From: Alphaproteobacteria bacterium
GTDB taxonomy: Bacteria; Pseudomonadota; Alphaproteobacteria; UBA828
Length of the DNA: 64,000 bases
Direction: 5' to 3'
NCBI GenBank assembly: GCA_965221125.1
Contig: CBDCRW010000004.1
Span: forward strand, 576,001 to 640,000
Position 1 is the first letter of the stretch; each line of letters begins with the position of its first letter. Under the pieces are notes generated by a model. The model saw nothing but the letters and a program-made list of their open reading frames with translations, was not told where the DNA came from and made no database searches. The position numbers and the translations under genes were made by a program. Below are positions 1-9,200 of the stretch, one piece after another.

Positions 1-72
1 CAGCGCAACACTCGCAGTTGCCAGAACAACCATTGTAAAGATCACGGAACATAGAATTGCTGTTTTCGTCAT
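1..72 (-). CDS. 5' end of a putative secreted protein running off the window edge (partial)
   Basis: The minus strand reads MTKTAILCSVIFTMVVLATASVAL from an ATG at 72, with a GAAGGGG SD-like motif upstream. The sequence resembles a signal peptide. Confidence 0.5.
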   Translation of the reverse strand, partial: MTKTAILCSVIFTMVVLATASVAL

Positions 73-336
73 CGATCAGCACCCCTTCGGCAGCTCTCCG
101 AATTTCCCAGCGACGCAAGGCTCTCTGCGTGTGCGTCTCTAGAGCCAAGCGTTGGTCGCACGCTGCTCGTTATAGCCACCACACGCTTCAGAGTGAAGCT
201 CCAGAGGAGCAGCACCCGATTGTGCGGCGAGGCGCGCCGGCTGCGGATCCCGTCTTCCCCAAATGCGAAGCCGGCCGCGGCGGGAAACGGCGATCGCTGC
301 GGTACGACAACAATCTTGTCTTCCTCGGTTGCTCTC

Positions 337-1143
337 CTATTGGGAAAGAAGTCTGTCCGGGAATCCAACTGCTTCGAGATCTTGATCATCGCAAACCGGT
401 AATCTTGCATGTTCAGAAAATTGTCTCATCGGAACATCTAAATTTAGGTTGGGCATACAGTAAGCAAACGCTTTGTTGAGATTATGGGTTCTCTCTAACA
501 TACCCGAGTTTGGATTCTTCCAAAAATTCGAAATACATACCTTGGAGTTAAATCCCATTTTCACTTTGAACGATGTCACCCCATTCGATGGACCATTGTT
601 ATCCACTACCCTATGATATACAAAGCAGTCACTGTATTTGAAATCCAAATCTTGAAGATGTTCAACGGCCTTTCGTTTTGGCCAAACGATATCATCACAA
701 AGATATGTTCTATCTCTCAGAGAAATGCTTATATCATCTCGACTTCCAGATGCTAGATCGCCGTCACCAATCGCTTGAGCGACTAATACTCCAACACTTC
801 CTATGCTACATTGTGCCTCATCATATGCTTTAAATGCTAGATGGGTTCTGCACCAAGGTGAAATTGGACAAAGGTACTGATCGCTCCACAGTTTTATTTC
901 TTCAAGTATGGGGATTAGGAACACAGAAAGTATTAAACTCGCAACGCTTCCTCCTAAAAATAGAGAAAACCTTGTTAGCATACTTCTCACTAGAGATCTA
1001 TTTTCAATGTTCTGGCAACTTACCACTTTGGTGGATTGATAGCTTTGCTTTCTCGGTTGTTTCTTTCTGACAGTCGATGGCCACATGGATACGCAAACCT
1101 CTATTTGGCTATCGTTTAGGAGGCGCGAACTGGTATGAAACAC
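337..1143 (-). CDS. Hypothetical Cys-rich membrane-anchored protein in a low-GC segment
   Basis: 268-aa ORF in AT-rich DNA, with a hydrophobic segment (FSLFLGGSVASLILSVFLIPIL) and several Cys. The true start may lie further downstream. Confidence 0.55.
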   Translation of the reverse strand: MFHTSSRLLNDSQIEVCVSMWPSTVRKKQPRKQSYQSTKVVSCQNIENRSLVRSMLTRFSLFLGGSVASLILSVFLIPILEEIKLWSDQYLCPISPWCRTHLAFKAYDEAQCSIGSVGVLVAQAIGDGDLASGSRDDISISLRDRTYLCDDIVWPKRKAVEHLQDLDFKYSDCFVYHRVVDNNGPSNGVTSFKVKMGFNSKVCISNFWKNPNSGMLERTHNLNKAFAYCMPNLNLDVPMRQFSEHARLPVCDDQDLEAVGFPDRLLSQ

Positions 1144-1813
1144 GTATGATTGGGTCGTAAATTAAATTGCCGCTGGAGGGTGAAATTACGATATGTAACC
1201 ATCCAGATGTCGTATATATGCATGAAATTCCTTCTTGCTCGTTCCTCCAAGAATCAAACCTACGGTCGACAGGTTCAATGGAGTCCTGGTGCGTAAATCC
1301 TGCCAAGCAGTCGGAAATGTCTGGCCATACCGTTCCAGAAAGCGTAGAGTTATAAACTGCTCCTAGGGCATAGACTAGGTCCGGCTTGGACTCGAAAGTG
1401 GACTTAGTGATGGAGTCTAACGCCGACCTCAGTTCCATTAGAGTCCAATTGGACTGTGCGAGAGACCCACAATTTGGGCCGGTACCATCCTGTAGACAAC
1501 GAACCTCGATTCTACAAATGGGAGTCCGTGATTCCGCATTCACGCACAAACTCGCATTTGTGATCGTGGAATATTTGGCATTTTCGGCTTCGGGATTGTC
1601 GGTAACTGGACAACTGCACTGTCCCCAGGTCGGAGGTTGGGCAGTAGCGAGCTGGACGCAACCAAGCAGGATAAGTGCTGTGATTGCAAGAGATAAGGTG
1701 GCTCGTGGAATGACGCTCGTATTGGACAATGCGGCTGATGGGATCGGTGCATATCTGCCCGGTGATCGGGACATGGCATTCGAGAGTCCTAAAAGGTGGT
1801 GGTTGTCGTTCAT
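1109..1813 (-). CDS. Hypothetical Cys-rich secreted protein
   Basis: 234-aa ORF with a signal-like stretch (LSLAITALILLGCVQLATA) followed by a Cys-rich domain (CSCP...C...C...C). A GGAACAGG SD-like motif lies upstream. Confidence 0.65.
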   Translation of the reverse strand: MNDNHHLLGLSNAMSRSPGRYAPIPSAALSNTSVIPRATLSLAITALILLGCVQLATAQPPTWGQCSCPVTDNPEAENAKYSTITNASLCVNAESRTPICRIEVRCLQDGTGPNCGSLAQSNWTLMELRSALDSITKSTFESKPDLVYALGAVYNSTLSGTVWPDISDCLAGFTHQDSIEPVDRRFDSWRNEQEGISCIYTTSGWLHIVISPSSGNLIYDPIIRVSYQFAPPKR

Positions 1814-1932
1814 GCTCGCCTGTTCCTTGGCTCGTTTACGGACGCATCACCCAATCTTTGCTGCCCGCCTTTCGCCGTTTACGCAACACAGCGAGCGAAA
1901 GCCTTCAAGCGCCTGTGCTTTTCGGACAGGCG

Positions 1933-2259
1933 TCAATCGCGGGCGTCGTGTTCGGCGATACCGGCAAGCTCGACCGGAGGGCGGTCGGGGAAACGGGCAA
2001 TCAGCGACAGGCTGCCGCCCATCGCCTCCACCGTTCTGCGCAACGTGGATAGTAGCAGGTCGCTCCGCTGCTCCAGTCGGGAGATAGCGTCCTGACTAAT
2101 GCCGAGTTCGCGCGCGATGCTCGCTTGGGTGAGTTCGCGGGCCTTGCGCAACTCGCGCAGCGTCATTTCCTCCGCGATCAGTTCGGCGGCCATTTTTTCC
2201 ACCTTGCGGCGTTCGGCAGGGTCGAGCCCCGCGATCACATCTTCCACATCCAGTGCCAT
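1933..2259 (-). CDS. XRE-family HTH antitoxin (HigA-like)
   Basis: LRELRKARELTQASIARELGISQDAISRLEQRSDLLLSTLRRTVEAMGG is a typical XRE HTH. It lies directly downstream of the toxin and has an AGAAGGAG SD. Confidence 0.9.
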   Translation of the reverse strand: MALDVEDVIAGLDPAERRKVEKMAAELIAEEMTLRELRKARELTQASIARELGISQDAISRLEQRSDLLLSTLRRTVEAMGGSLSLIARFPDRPPVELAGIAEHDARD

Positions 2260-2274
2260 GACGATTCTCCTTCT

Positions 2275-2631
2275 CTATTGGTCGGTGAGCCGGGCAAGAT
2301 GCCGGTCGAACCGCTCGTCGGCCTTGCGGATCAACTCGCGGTAGAACCGCCGTTCGCCGCCACCCGACTTGTCGCCCGCCACCAGCAGCAAGGCACGACA
2401 CACGGGATCGAACGCAAAGGCAACCCGCCACTCCCCGCCTGCCGCGTTGAATCGCATCTCCTTCATGTTCGCATGTCGCGAGCCGTTTAGCGTATCCACG
2501 CGTGGGCGACCAAGCTGCGGGCCGTATTCCCGAAGAAGCCGCGAATGCGCAAGGATCGCCCTGCGCACTTCCAAGGGCAACACCGACATCTCGGGCTCGA
2601 ACTCCTCGGCAATCTGAACCCGCCATGTCAT
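2275..2631 (-). CDS. RelE/ParE-superfamily type II toxin (HigB/Gp49-like)
   Basis: Signature GPQLGRPRVDTLNGSRHANMKEMRF...WRVAFAFDP.R.ALLLVAGDKSG; toxin-before-antitoxin order. Confidence 0.9.
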   Translation of the reverse strand: MTWRVQIAEEFEPEMSVLPLEVRRAILAHSRLLREYGPQLGRPRVDTLNGSRHANMKEMRFNAAGGEWRVAFAFDPVCRALLLVAGDKSGGGERRFYRELIRKADERFDRHLARLTDQ

Positions 2632-3211
2632 GGCGGCAGGATGGGATCGCCGGAATATGAAGTCAAGGACATGTCCGTGTTTTTCGACGCGGTTGAACTT
2701 ATGGTGGGGTAAGCCCGTGTGTCCTTCTTATTGAAAGCGATGCTGGGCTCTCCATGTCTTCACTGTCGTGCGTAGGACCCTCAGGCCCGAAACCCGAGCG
2801 TCGCCGTCGCCCTCTGGCTCCCCGCCACGGGGGGAAACTTCCGAGGTCCACGGCATTTGCGGACAGGCGGCGCTTCGGCAAGATGGGTTGCCGGGAAGCA
2901 TATGGGAATCGTCGGGTCTCAAAGGGCGGACGCTCGCGGTCGGTCTCTGTCGTCGCCGACGATGGCCAGGCATGGGGGTGCGGGTTTCGAGGCGGTCGGG
3001 CGGCCGATGGCAGCAACCGCGCGGATCGCCGCGACGACGGATCGCCCGGCCGTGCGTTCACCCCTGTCCGTACCCCGGTCAGAAAAATCGCGCGGGGCTT
3101 TTATTGCCAACGGAATTGCGCTAATGATCGCAGCAGGTTGACGGGCGACGTTCGGCGGGCGGATGTGTTTGTACGCCCCGCGCTGCGGCCGGGAGCCTCG
3201 GGGGCAATGCG

Positions 3212-3538
3212 ATGCACAAGGTGGAGGACAGGCAGGTTCCGGCCCGCGCCGCGGCGTCCGCGCTGTCGTTCGACCCGCGCGCCCGAGGCGGCCGAATTTT
3301 TTCGGCCGGGGGCTTGACAAGGGGCGGTGACGCTCCCGGTATAATCAGCCGGTCAGCCGGTCAGCCGGTCAGCCGGTCAGCCGGTCAGCCGGTCAGCCGG
3401 TCAGCCGGTCAGCCGGTCAGCCGGTCAGCCGGTCAGCCGGTCAGCCGGTCAGCCGGTCAGCCCCACCTGGGTCTGCGCTCCGGCCATGATCGCAGCGGCA
3501 TGGCCGCGCTGCCGGAAGGGGCCACCATCCCGGCCTGA
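3212..3538 (+). CDS. Leader ORF of cassette 1, reading through the tandem repeat; out of frame with the 3486 gene
   Basis: Same GLT.......IIS-repeat-PHL...GHD..MAA...PA* architecture as the leaders at 38923 and 45723. The distance 3212 to 3486 is 274 nt (mod 3 = 1). This start is less well supported than in the other cassettes. Confidence 0.4.
   Translation: MHKVEDRQVPARAAASALSFDPRARGGRIFSAGGLTRGGDAPGIISRSAGQPVSRSAGQPVSRSAGQPVSRSAGQPVSRSAGQPHLGLRSGHDRSGMAALPEGATIPA
3314..3345 (+). promoter_or_regulatory. TTGACA-N20-TATAAT element abutting the tandem repeat
   Basis: TTGACA at 3314-3319 and TATAAT at 3340-3345. The same 20-bp spacing occurs at three other loci. Confidence 0.6.
3346..3462 (+). 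repeat. Simple sequence repeat (CAGCCGGT)x14 plus a partial unit
   Basis: Counted directly: 14 perfect units at 3346-3457, then CAGCC. Confidence 0.98.
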
Positions 3539-6194
3539 CGCCTCCCCCTCCGCCGGCAGGGGAAACGCTCGCCGGCTACCTTCTTCTCCCCGAACAGTCT
3601 TCTCCGGCGCGGGCCGCGCGGCGGCGGCGCTGCTGCTGTTGGCGCTGCCCTGCGCGCCGGGCCTGGCCGCCGACGGCCCTGAGGCCGCCCGGGAAACCGC
3701 CTACCCCGAAGGCGCGGTCGCCCGCGTCTTGAGCCTGCCGGCCGATACACATTCGGGCACGCCTTCGGACGCCTGGCGTCTGTCGGGACCGGACGCGGCC
3801 CGGTTCCGGGTCGAGGCGGGGGCGCTCCGCTTCGCCGCCCCGCCGGATTTCGAGAAGCCGGAGGATGCGGACGGCGACAACCGCTACGCGGTGACGCTGC
3901 GGCGCGCCGGTGCGGACGGCACGACGATTGCCGTCACCGTTCGGGTGCAGGACCGCGACGAGCCCGGCCGGGCCGTGTTGCGGCCCTGGCGCCCCGTCGT
4001 CGGCGAGCCGGTGACGGTGAGCCTGACCGACCCTGACCGCGCCGACACCGCCCCGGCTCCGACGGTGCAATGGGAACGCTGGCGGGCTCCCGGAGAGTGG
4101 CAGGCGATCCCGCGGGCGACCGGGCTGCACTACACCCCGGCGGCCGCGGACGCGGGCCGTCCGCTCCGCGCGGTGGTCTCATATGCCGACCGCCACGGGC
4201 CGGACCGGCAGGCGGTGGCCGAGCTGCCCAACCCCGTCGTCGGCCCGATGCTGTCCGCGCTCACGGCCCGCACCGACAGCGCCCGCTCGCGCCCGGCCTC
4301 CGAAGACCCCGCCCCGCGCCCGGCCTTCGATCCCCGCATCCTGCATTACGGGGTGCGGTGCGACGAGCGCGACGTGATGACGGTCTCGTTCTCTGCCCCT
4401 CCGGGCGTCCGGGTCTCGGTCAATGGCATCCAGCCCCGGCCGGGACAGGAGGGCTCGGCGGCGGTCCCGGTCACGCCGACAAGCGACGTGGCGGTGACGG
4501 TCGCGGCACCGGACGGGGCCTGGACGACCTACACGCTCCACTGCATGCTGGCCAAACTGTGGACGATCCGCACCGGGCCCGATCCCGCCCGGCCGCTGGG
4601 GGCGCTGCTCGCACTGACCGGGGGTCCCTGGGCGGCGGTCCTCGACGGGCACGGCGTCTCGCGCGCCCATGTCCGGGCCGAGGGCGGCGGGGCGGGCTTC
4701 TTCCTGCGTCCCTTCGGCTCCGGTCCCGATCTCCGCTGGGCGCATTTCGAGCAGATGCCGGAAGCGGAGCGGAAGACGCCAGGCGAGCCACTGCTCCGCT
4801 GGCGGGTGCTCGACCGGGACCTCACGCCGTTGCGCACCGTCGCCACGGCTCTGCCGCTGACCACGACGGGGCGGCACGACTTCCGGCTGCTGGCGGACGG
4901 CTCGACGCTGCTGATGACCTACGAGCCTTCGGTGCGGGACCTGCGGGGGCTGGGGTTCCCGGACCGCGACGGCAAGCCGTACGGCGCAGGCGTCGAGATG
5001 CAGGATTCTGCGATCCAGCTGCGGGGCCCGGACGGCCGGGTGCGCTGGACCTGGAACTCCTGGGGCCGGCTGCCGCTGGAGGACTGCGCCCAGCACCGGT
5101 TCCCCGGCGACTGGGCCCATGTCAACTCCGTCGAATGGACGGAACAAGGCGTGCTGGCGTCCTTCCGGGGCTGCTCGACGGTGGTCATGATCGACCCCGC
5201 CGCGCCGCCCGGCGAGGAGATCGTCTGGCGGATCGGCGCGAGCAACCTTTCTCGCGACGACTGGCAACGCCGCGGCCTCGGGCCGCCGCCGCTCCGCATC
5301 GTCGGCGACCCCGAGGGTGAGTTCTGCGGCCAGCATGCGGCGCAATTGCTGCCTCCCCCTCCGGGCCTGCGCCTGCCGCGCCTGCTGCTGTTCGACAACG
5401 GCGTGGCCTGCGTCATCGATCCCTGGACCGGCGAACCGCTCGGGCGGACCTCCGGCATCTACAGCCGGGCGGTGGAATACGCGCTCGACCTCGAACACGG
5501 CGAGGCGGTCTTCGTGCGCGACCACGCGCTCGGGGGCGCGCGCGACATGCTCGGCCATGCCGGCGGGCATGTCGAACCCCTGCCGGACGGCGGCTGGCTG
5601 GTGAGCTGGGGCGGCCTCGGCCGCGCGTCGCCGGACCGGGTCGGCGGAAAGCGGCCCTCGGACCTGGTGACGCGGGTCGATCCCGCAACCGGCATGGAGA
5701 GTTTCCGGATTGTGGAGGCAGAAAGTGACGGAGCCCACCTGCGTCCCCTGCCGGTGAGCCCGCTCGCGACGATGCGCGCGCCGGGCCGGCTCGCCGCCGT
5801 GCTGCCCGACGTGCCGCCGGCGGGGCATGGCGGCGCGGGAGAGACTGTCGAGGTCGCGGTGGCCTTCTCGCGCCCGGTGGCGGCGTTCGGGCCCGAGACC
5901 GGCTCCGTCGCGGTCGCCGGCGGCGCGCTGGCGGAGGCCGCACCGCTCGACGGCTTCGGCCGCCCGGCTCATGCCTGGCGGCTGGTGCTGGCGCCCTCGG
6001 GCGACGGGCCGATGGAGCTGCGGTTCCGGGCCGGCGTCGCCTGCGCGGGGTCGGCGCCCGGCATCTGCACGGCGGACGGAGAGCGCCTGCGCGGCGTTCC
6101 GGATGCGTTCGCGATCCCACGAAACATCGACGAAGGCGCCGCCCGGGACCGGGCGGCGGACGCGGGACAGGCAACCCGCAGCAGACAGAATTGA
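3486..6194 (+). CDS. Secreted arylsulfotransferase (ASST)-like protein with an N-terminal cadherin-like domain
   Basis: Signal peptide (AAALLLLALPCAPGLA) and cadherin-like motif PDFEKPEDADGDNRYAVT..DRDEPG. ASST-type motifs: HDFRLL, DWAHVNSVE, LASFR, FCGQHAA, LLFDNG, YSRAVEYALD. Confidence 0.75.
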   Translation: MIAAAWPRCRKGPPSRPDASPSAGRGNARRLPSSPRTVFSGAGRAAAALLLLALPCAPGLAADGPEAARETAYPEGAVARVLSLPADTHSGTPSDAWRLSGPDAARFRVEAGALRFAAPPDFEKPEDADGDNRYAVTLRRAGADGTTIAVTVRVQDRDEPGRAVLRPWRPVVGEPVTVSLTDPDRADTAPAPTVQWERWRAPGEWQAIPRATGLHYTPAAADAGRPLRAVVSYADRHGPDRQAVAELPNPVVGPMLSALTARTDSARSRPASEDPAPRPAFDPRILHYGVRCDERDVMTVSFSAPPGVRVSVNGIQPRPGQEGSAAVPVTPTSDVAVTVAAPDGAWTTYTLHCMLAKLWTIRTGPDPARPLGALLALTGGPWAAVLDGHGVSRAHVRAEGGGAGFFLRPFGSGPDLRWAHFEQMPEAERKTPGEPLLRWRVLDRDLTPLRTVATALPLTTTGRHDFRLLADGSTLLMTYEPSVRDLRGLGFPDRDGKPYGAGVEMQDSAIQLRGPDGRVRWTWNSWGRLPLEDCAQHRFPGDWAHVNSVEWTEQGVLASFRGCSTVVMIDPAAPPGEEIVWRIGASNLSRDDWQRRGLGPPPLRIVGDPEGEFCGQHAAQLLPPPPGLRLPRLLLFDNGVACVIDPWTGEPLGRTSGIYSRAVEYALDLEHGEAVFVRDHALGGARDMLGHAGGHVEPLPDGGWLVSWGGLGRASPDRVGGKRPSDLVTRVDPATGMESFRIVEAESDGAHLRPLPVSPLATMRAPGRLAAVLPDVPPAGHGGAGETVEVAVAFSRPVAAFGPETGSVAVAGGALAEAAPLDGFGRPAHAWRLVLAPSGDGPMELRFRAGVACAGSAPGICTADGERLRGVPDAFAIPRNIDEGAARDRAADAGQATRSRQN

Positions 6195-6207
6195 CTGGAG
6201 TGATGCG

Positions 6208-9200
6208 ATGATGACCGATGGTAACCGGAACGCAGGAACGCCCGTATCGCACGCCGCCGCGGATGGTCAGCGGCATTGCTCCCTTGGCGGCCGGAAATGG
6301 TTCCGGTCGTGGCTTGCCCCACTGGCCGGCGCCCGATCCGGTCTGCGAGCCCTGCTGCCGGTCTTGTTCGCATTCCTGCTGCTGGCCGGATGGACGTCCG
6401 GGGCCGGGGCAGTGACGCTCACCGCAAATCCCAGCTTTGTCTGCCAGGGCCAGACGGTGGACATAACCGTTTCCGGTCTGTCCGCCGGTGCATCGGATGT
6501 CTTTTATCTCGCTGGATCCAGCGGGACCGCGACTTCAGGAACCCACTACAGGATCCTGAACTCGGACGGCACTGAAATCAGTGACTACCAGGACGTAGCG
6601 GTCACCGCGGACGAAAACGGCAGATTTACCCTGCGGGTTCAAAACATCAGTGCAGATGGGAGCGCGGATTTTGAATCAGCCAACTACAATGACTTTGAAA
6701 TCATTTTTCATCCCTCCACACATGCCGACTGCGCCACCACCTCCGACGGCGTCACGGTCTCCCCGACTTCCCTTGCCCTGACCGAGCTCGGCTCGTCCAG
6801 CACCATCGAGAAGACCTACACGGTGGTCCTCGACACCGACCCGGGCGTCGACGTCACGATCACGGCGACCAACGGCGACGCCACCGCGGTCGAGGTGGAC
6901 ACCGACGCGGGCACGTCCGGCAACCAGAACACCCTGACCTTCACCCACGGCAACAGCGGCAACTGGAACACGGCGCAGACGGTGACGGTGCGGGCGCTGA
7001 ACGACCTCGACAGTGCGAACGAGTCCTTCAGCATCACGCACGCGGCGACCGCGGCGAGCGGCCCCTACAACGGCATCACCGTCGCCCCGGTGGCGGTGAC
7101 GACGGCCGACGCCGGCCACGGGGTGGTGGTGTCGAAGTCGAGCCTGTCGGTGGCGGCGAACGACGAGACGGACACCTACACGGTGGTTCTGAAGAGCGCA
7201 CCCGGCGGCACGGTGACGATTACGCCGACCTCGGGCGCGACGACGCGGGCGACGGTCTCGCCGGCCTCGCTCAGCTTCACCAACTCGGACTGGAACACGC
7301 CGAAGACCTTCACGGTGACCGGCAAGGGCCAGGGCTCGACCTCGATCAGCCATGCGGTGAGCACGGGCACGACGGCCTATCCGACGTCCCTGACGATTCC
7401 CGCCGTGTCGGTCACGGTGACGGCGGATTCGCGGCAGGTGCTGGACCTTTCGTTCAGTTCGAACAGCAATAACGAGGGTGTCTCCGCCATCCTGACCGTC
7501 ACCGCCACCGGCGGCTCCGGCAACGTGACGGTTACGGGCGGCACGGCGCTGCTGACCTTTTCGGGCGACGGCATCGCGTCTTCGGACTATTCAGTCACTA
7601 CGGCCTCCATCCTCGTCCTGTTTGGAGGCCCGCCCCCCTCCGCCCCTGTCGGCATCGACCTCGCCAGCGACAGCGTCGACGAGCCGAACGAGACGCTGGT
7701 TGTCGGCCTGCAGAACCTGCCGGCCGGCTACCGGGCCGGCACGACCGCCTCGGTCACGATCATCGACCGGAACCCCACCACGGTGACGCTGGCGGGCGGC
7801 GGCACGGTGACGGAGGACGGCGCGAACTCCGCGGACGTCACGGTGACGCTGAGCCGCAACCTGGTGGCCGGGGAGACGGTGACCGTGCCGCTGGCGATCA
7901 CGGGCGCCGGCATCGCGGCGGGCGACTACACGATCGCGCCGGCGCCGGGATCGAGCCTCAACAGGGGCGTGACGCTGAACACCTCGAACCCGCACAGCGC
8001 GGCGCAGCCGGCGGTGGTGTTCACGGGCCACGGCACGAACACGGTGCAGGTGGCGACGCTCCGGGTGACGGCGGTGCAGGACTCCACGGACGAGGGTGCG
8101 TCGGAGGCGCTCGCCGTGGGCTTCGGCAGCGGCAACCGGGCGGTCATGAGCAATCTCGACCGGGCGTCGGGCACCGGCACGACCGGCACCACGACGGCGG
8201 GCACGGCGACGGTGACGATCACCGACGACGACACGTCGGCGGTTCCGGAGGTCTCGATGGAGCTTCAGACCGGGGAGACCTCGAATCGCAACACCGCCGG
8301 GCAGCTGGAGCTTGTCGAGAGCGGGGGCGTGGACGGGGCGGTGTTCAACCTCAGCGCCGACAGCGTGCTGGTCTCGACCCTGACGGTGTGCCTGCGCCTG
8401 ACCGAGACCGGCGGCGACCTTGTGGCCGCGGCCGCGGAGGGCATCAGGACGGCCACGCTGACCAGCAGCGGCAACACCAACGGCGCCGGCATTTACACGC
8501 TCACCTGGGCGGGCGACACGGATGACGAGCGGAACAGCGTGGTGACGGCGACGCTGTTGGCGCCGGAGACGGCGGGCTGTTCGGCCGCGAACGGGACCTA
8601 CACGGTGGCGTCGGCGATGGCGTCGGACGCGGTGTTCATCGAGGACGACGACGCCACGACGGTCGAGCTCACGAGTTCCGACACGAGCATGGCGGAGGGC
8701 GACGCCTCGCAGACGGCGACGCTGACGTTCACGCTCGGGCGCCGGCTCCATGCGGGCGAGGTCCTGGTCGTGCCGTTCACGCTGGCGACGACGACGGGCG
8801 CGAGATTGCCCGGCCATTCGACGCCGGACTTCGCGGTGACGGCGGCGGGCACGGGGGTGACGATCGCGAGGCCCAACACGGCGACCCCGTCGGTGACCTT
8901 CACCGGCCACGGCACCGACACGGTGCGGACCGCGACGGTGACGCTGACGCCGGTGGCGAACCGGGACGACGGCGACACGGCGCGCGAGGAGATCGCGGCG
9001 ACGCTGGCGACCGACAGCGTGCTGGGTTCGACCGCGGGCACCGACACGACGGTCGGCGGCGGCGCCATGCGCCACGCGACGAACTTCGCGGTCGACCTGA
9101 CGCTGGAGGACGACGACGCGCCGGCCGGCGCCACCGAGCTGACGCTCACCCTGTCCTCGGCCTCGGCCCCGGAGGGGAGCGGCGGCACGCGCGACGTCAC

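Noticed and set aside
69-410. 113-aa minus-strand ORF whose stop overlaps the ATG at 72
   Set aside because: It overlaps the 337-1143 ORF and has no motif support. It is possible but not supportable.
2640-3200. oriT, att site or ncRNA in the intergenic region upstream of the TA module
   Set aside because: No recognisable nic motif, tRNA end or flanking direct repeat could be supported. oriT and the element ends remain unlocated.
3346-3462. Octamer arrays as CRISPR arrays
   Set aside because: They are perfect tandem 8-mers with no spacers, and no cas genes are present.
5827-6207. N-terminal extension of adhesin 1 given by the ORF track
   Set aside because: It overlaps the ASST-like gene. 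A good SD, ATG and signal peptide are present from 6208.
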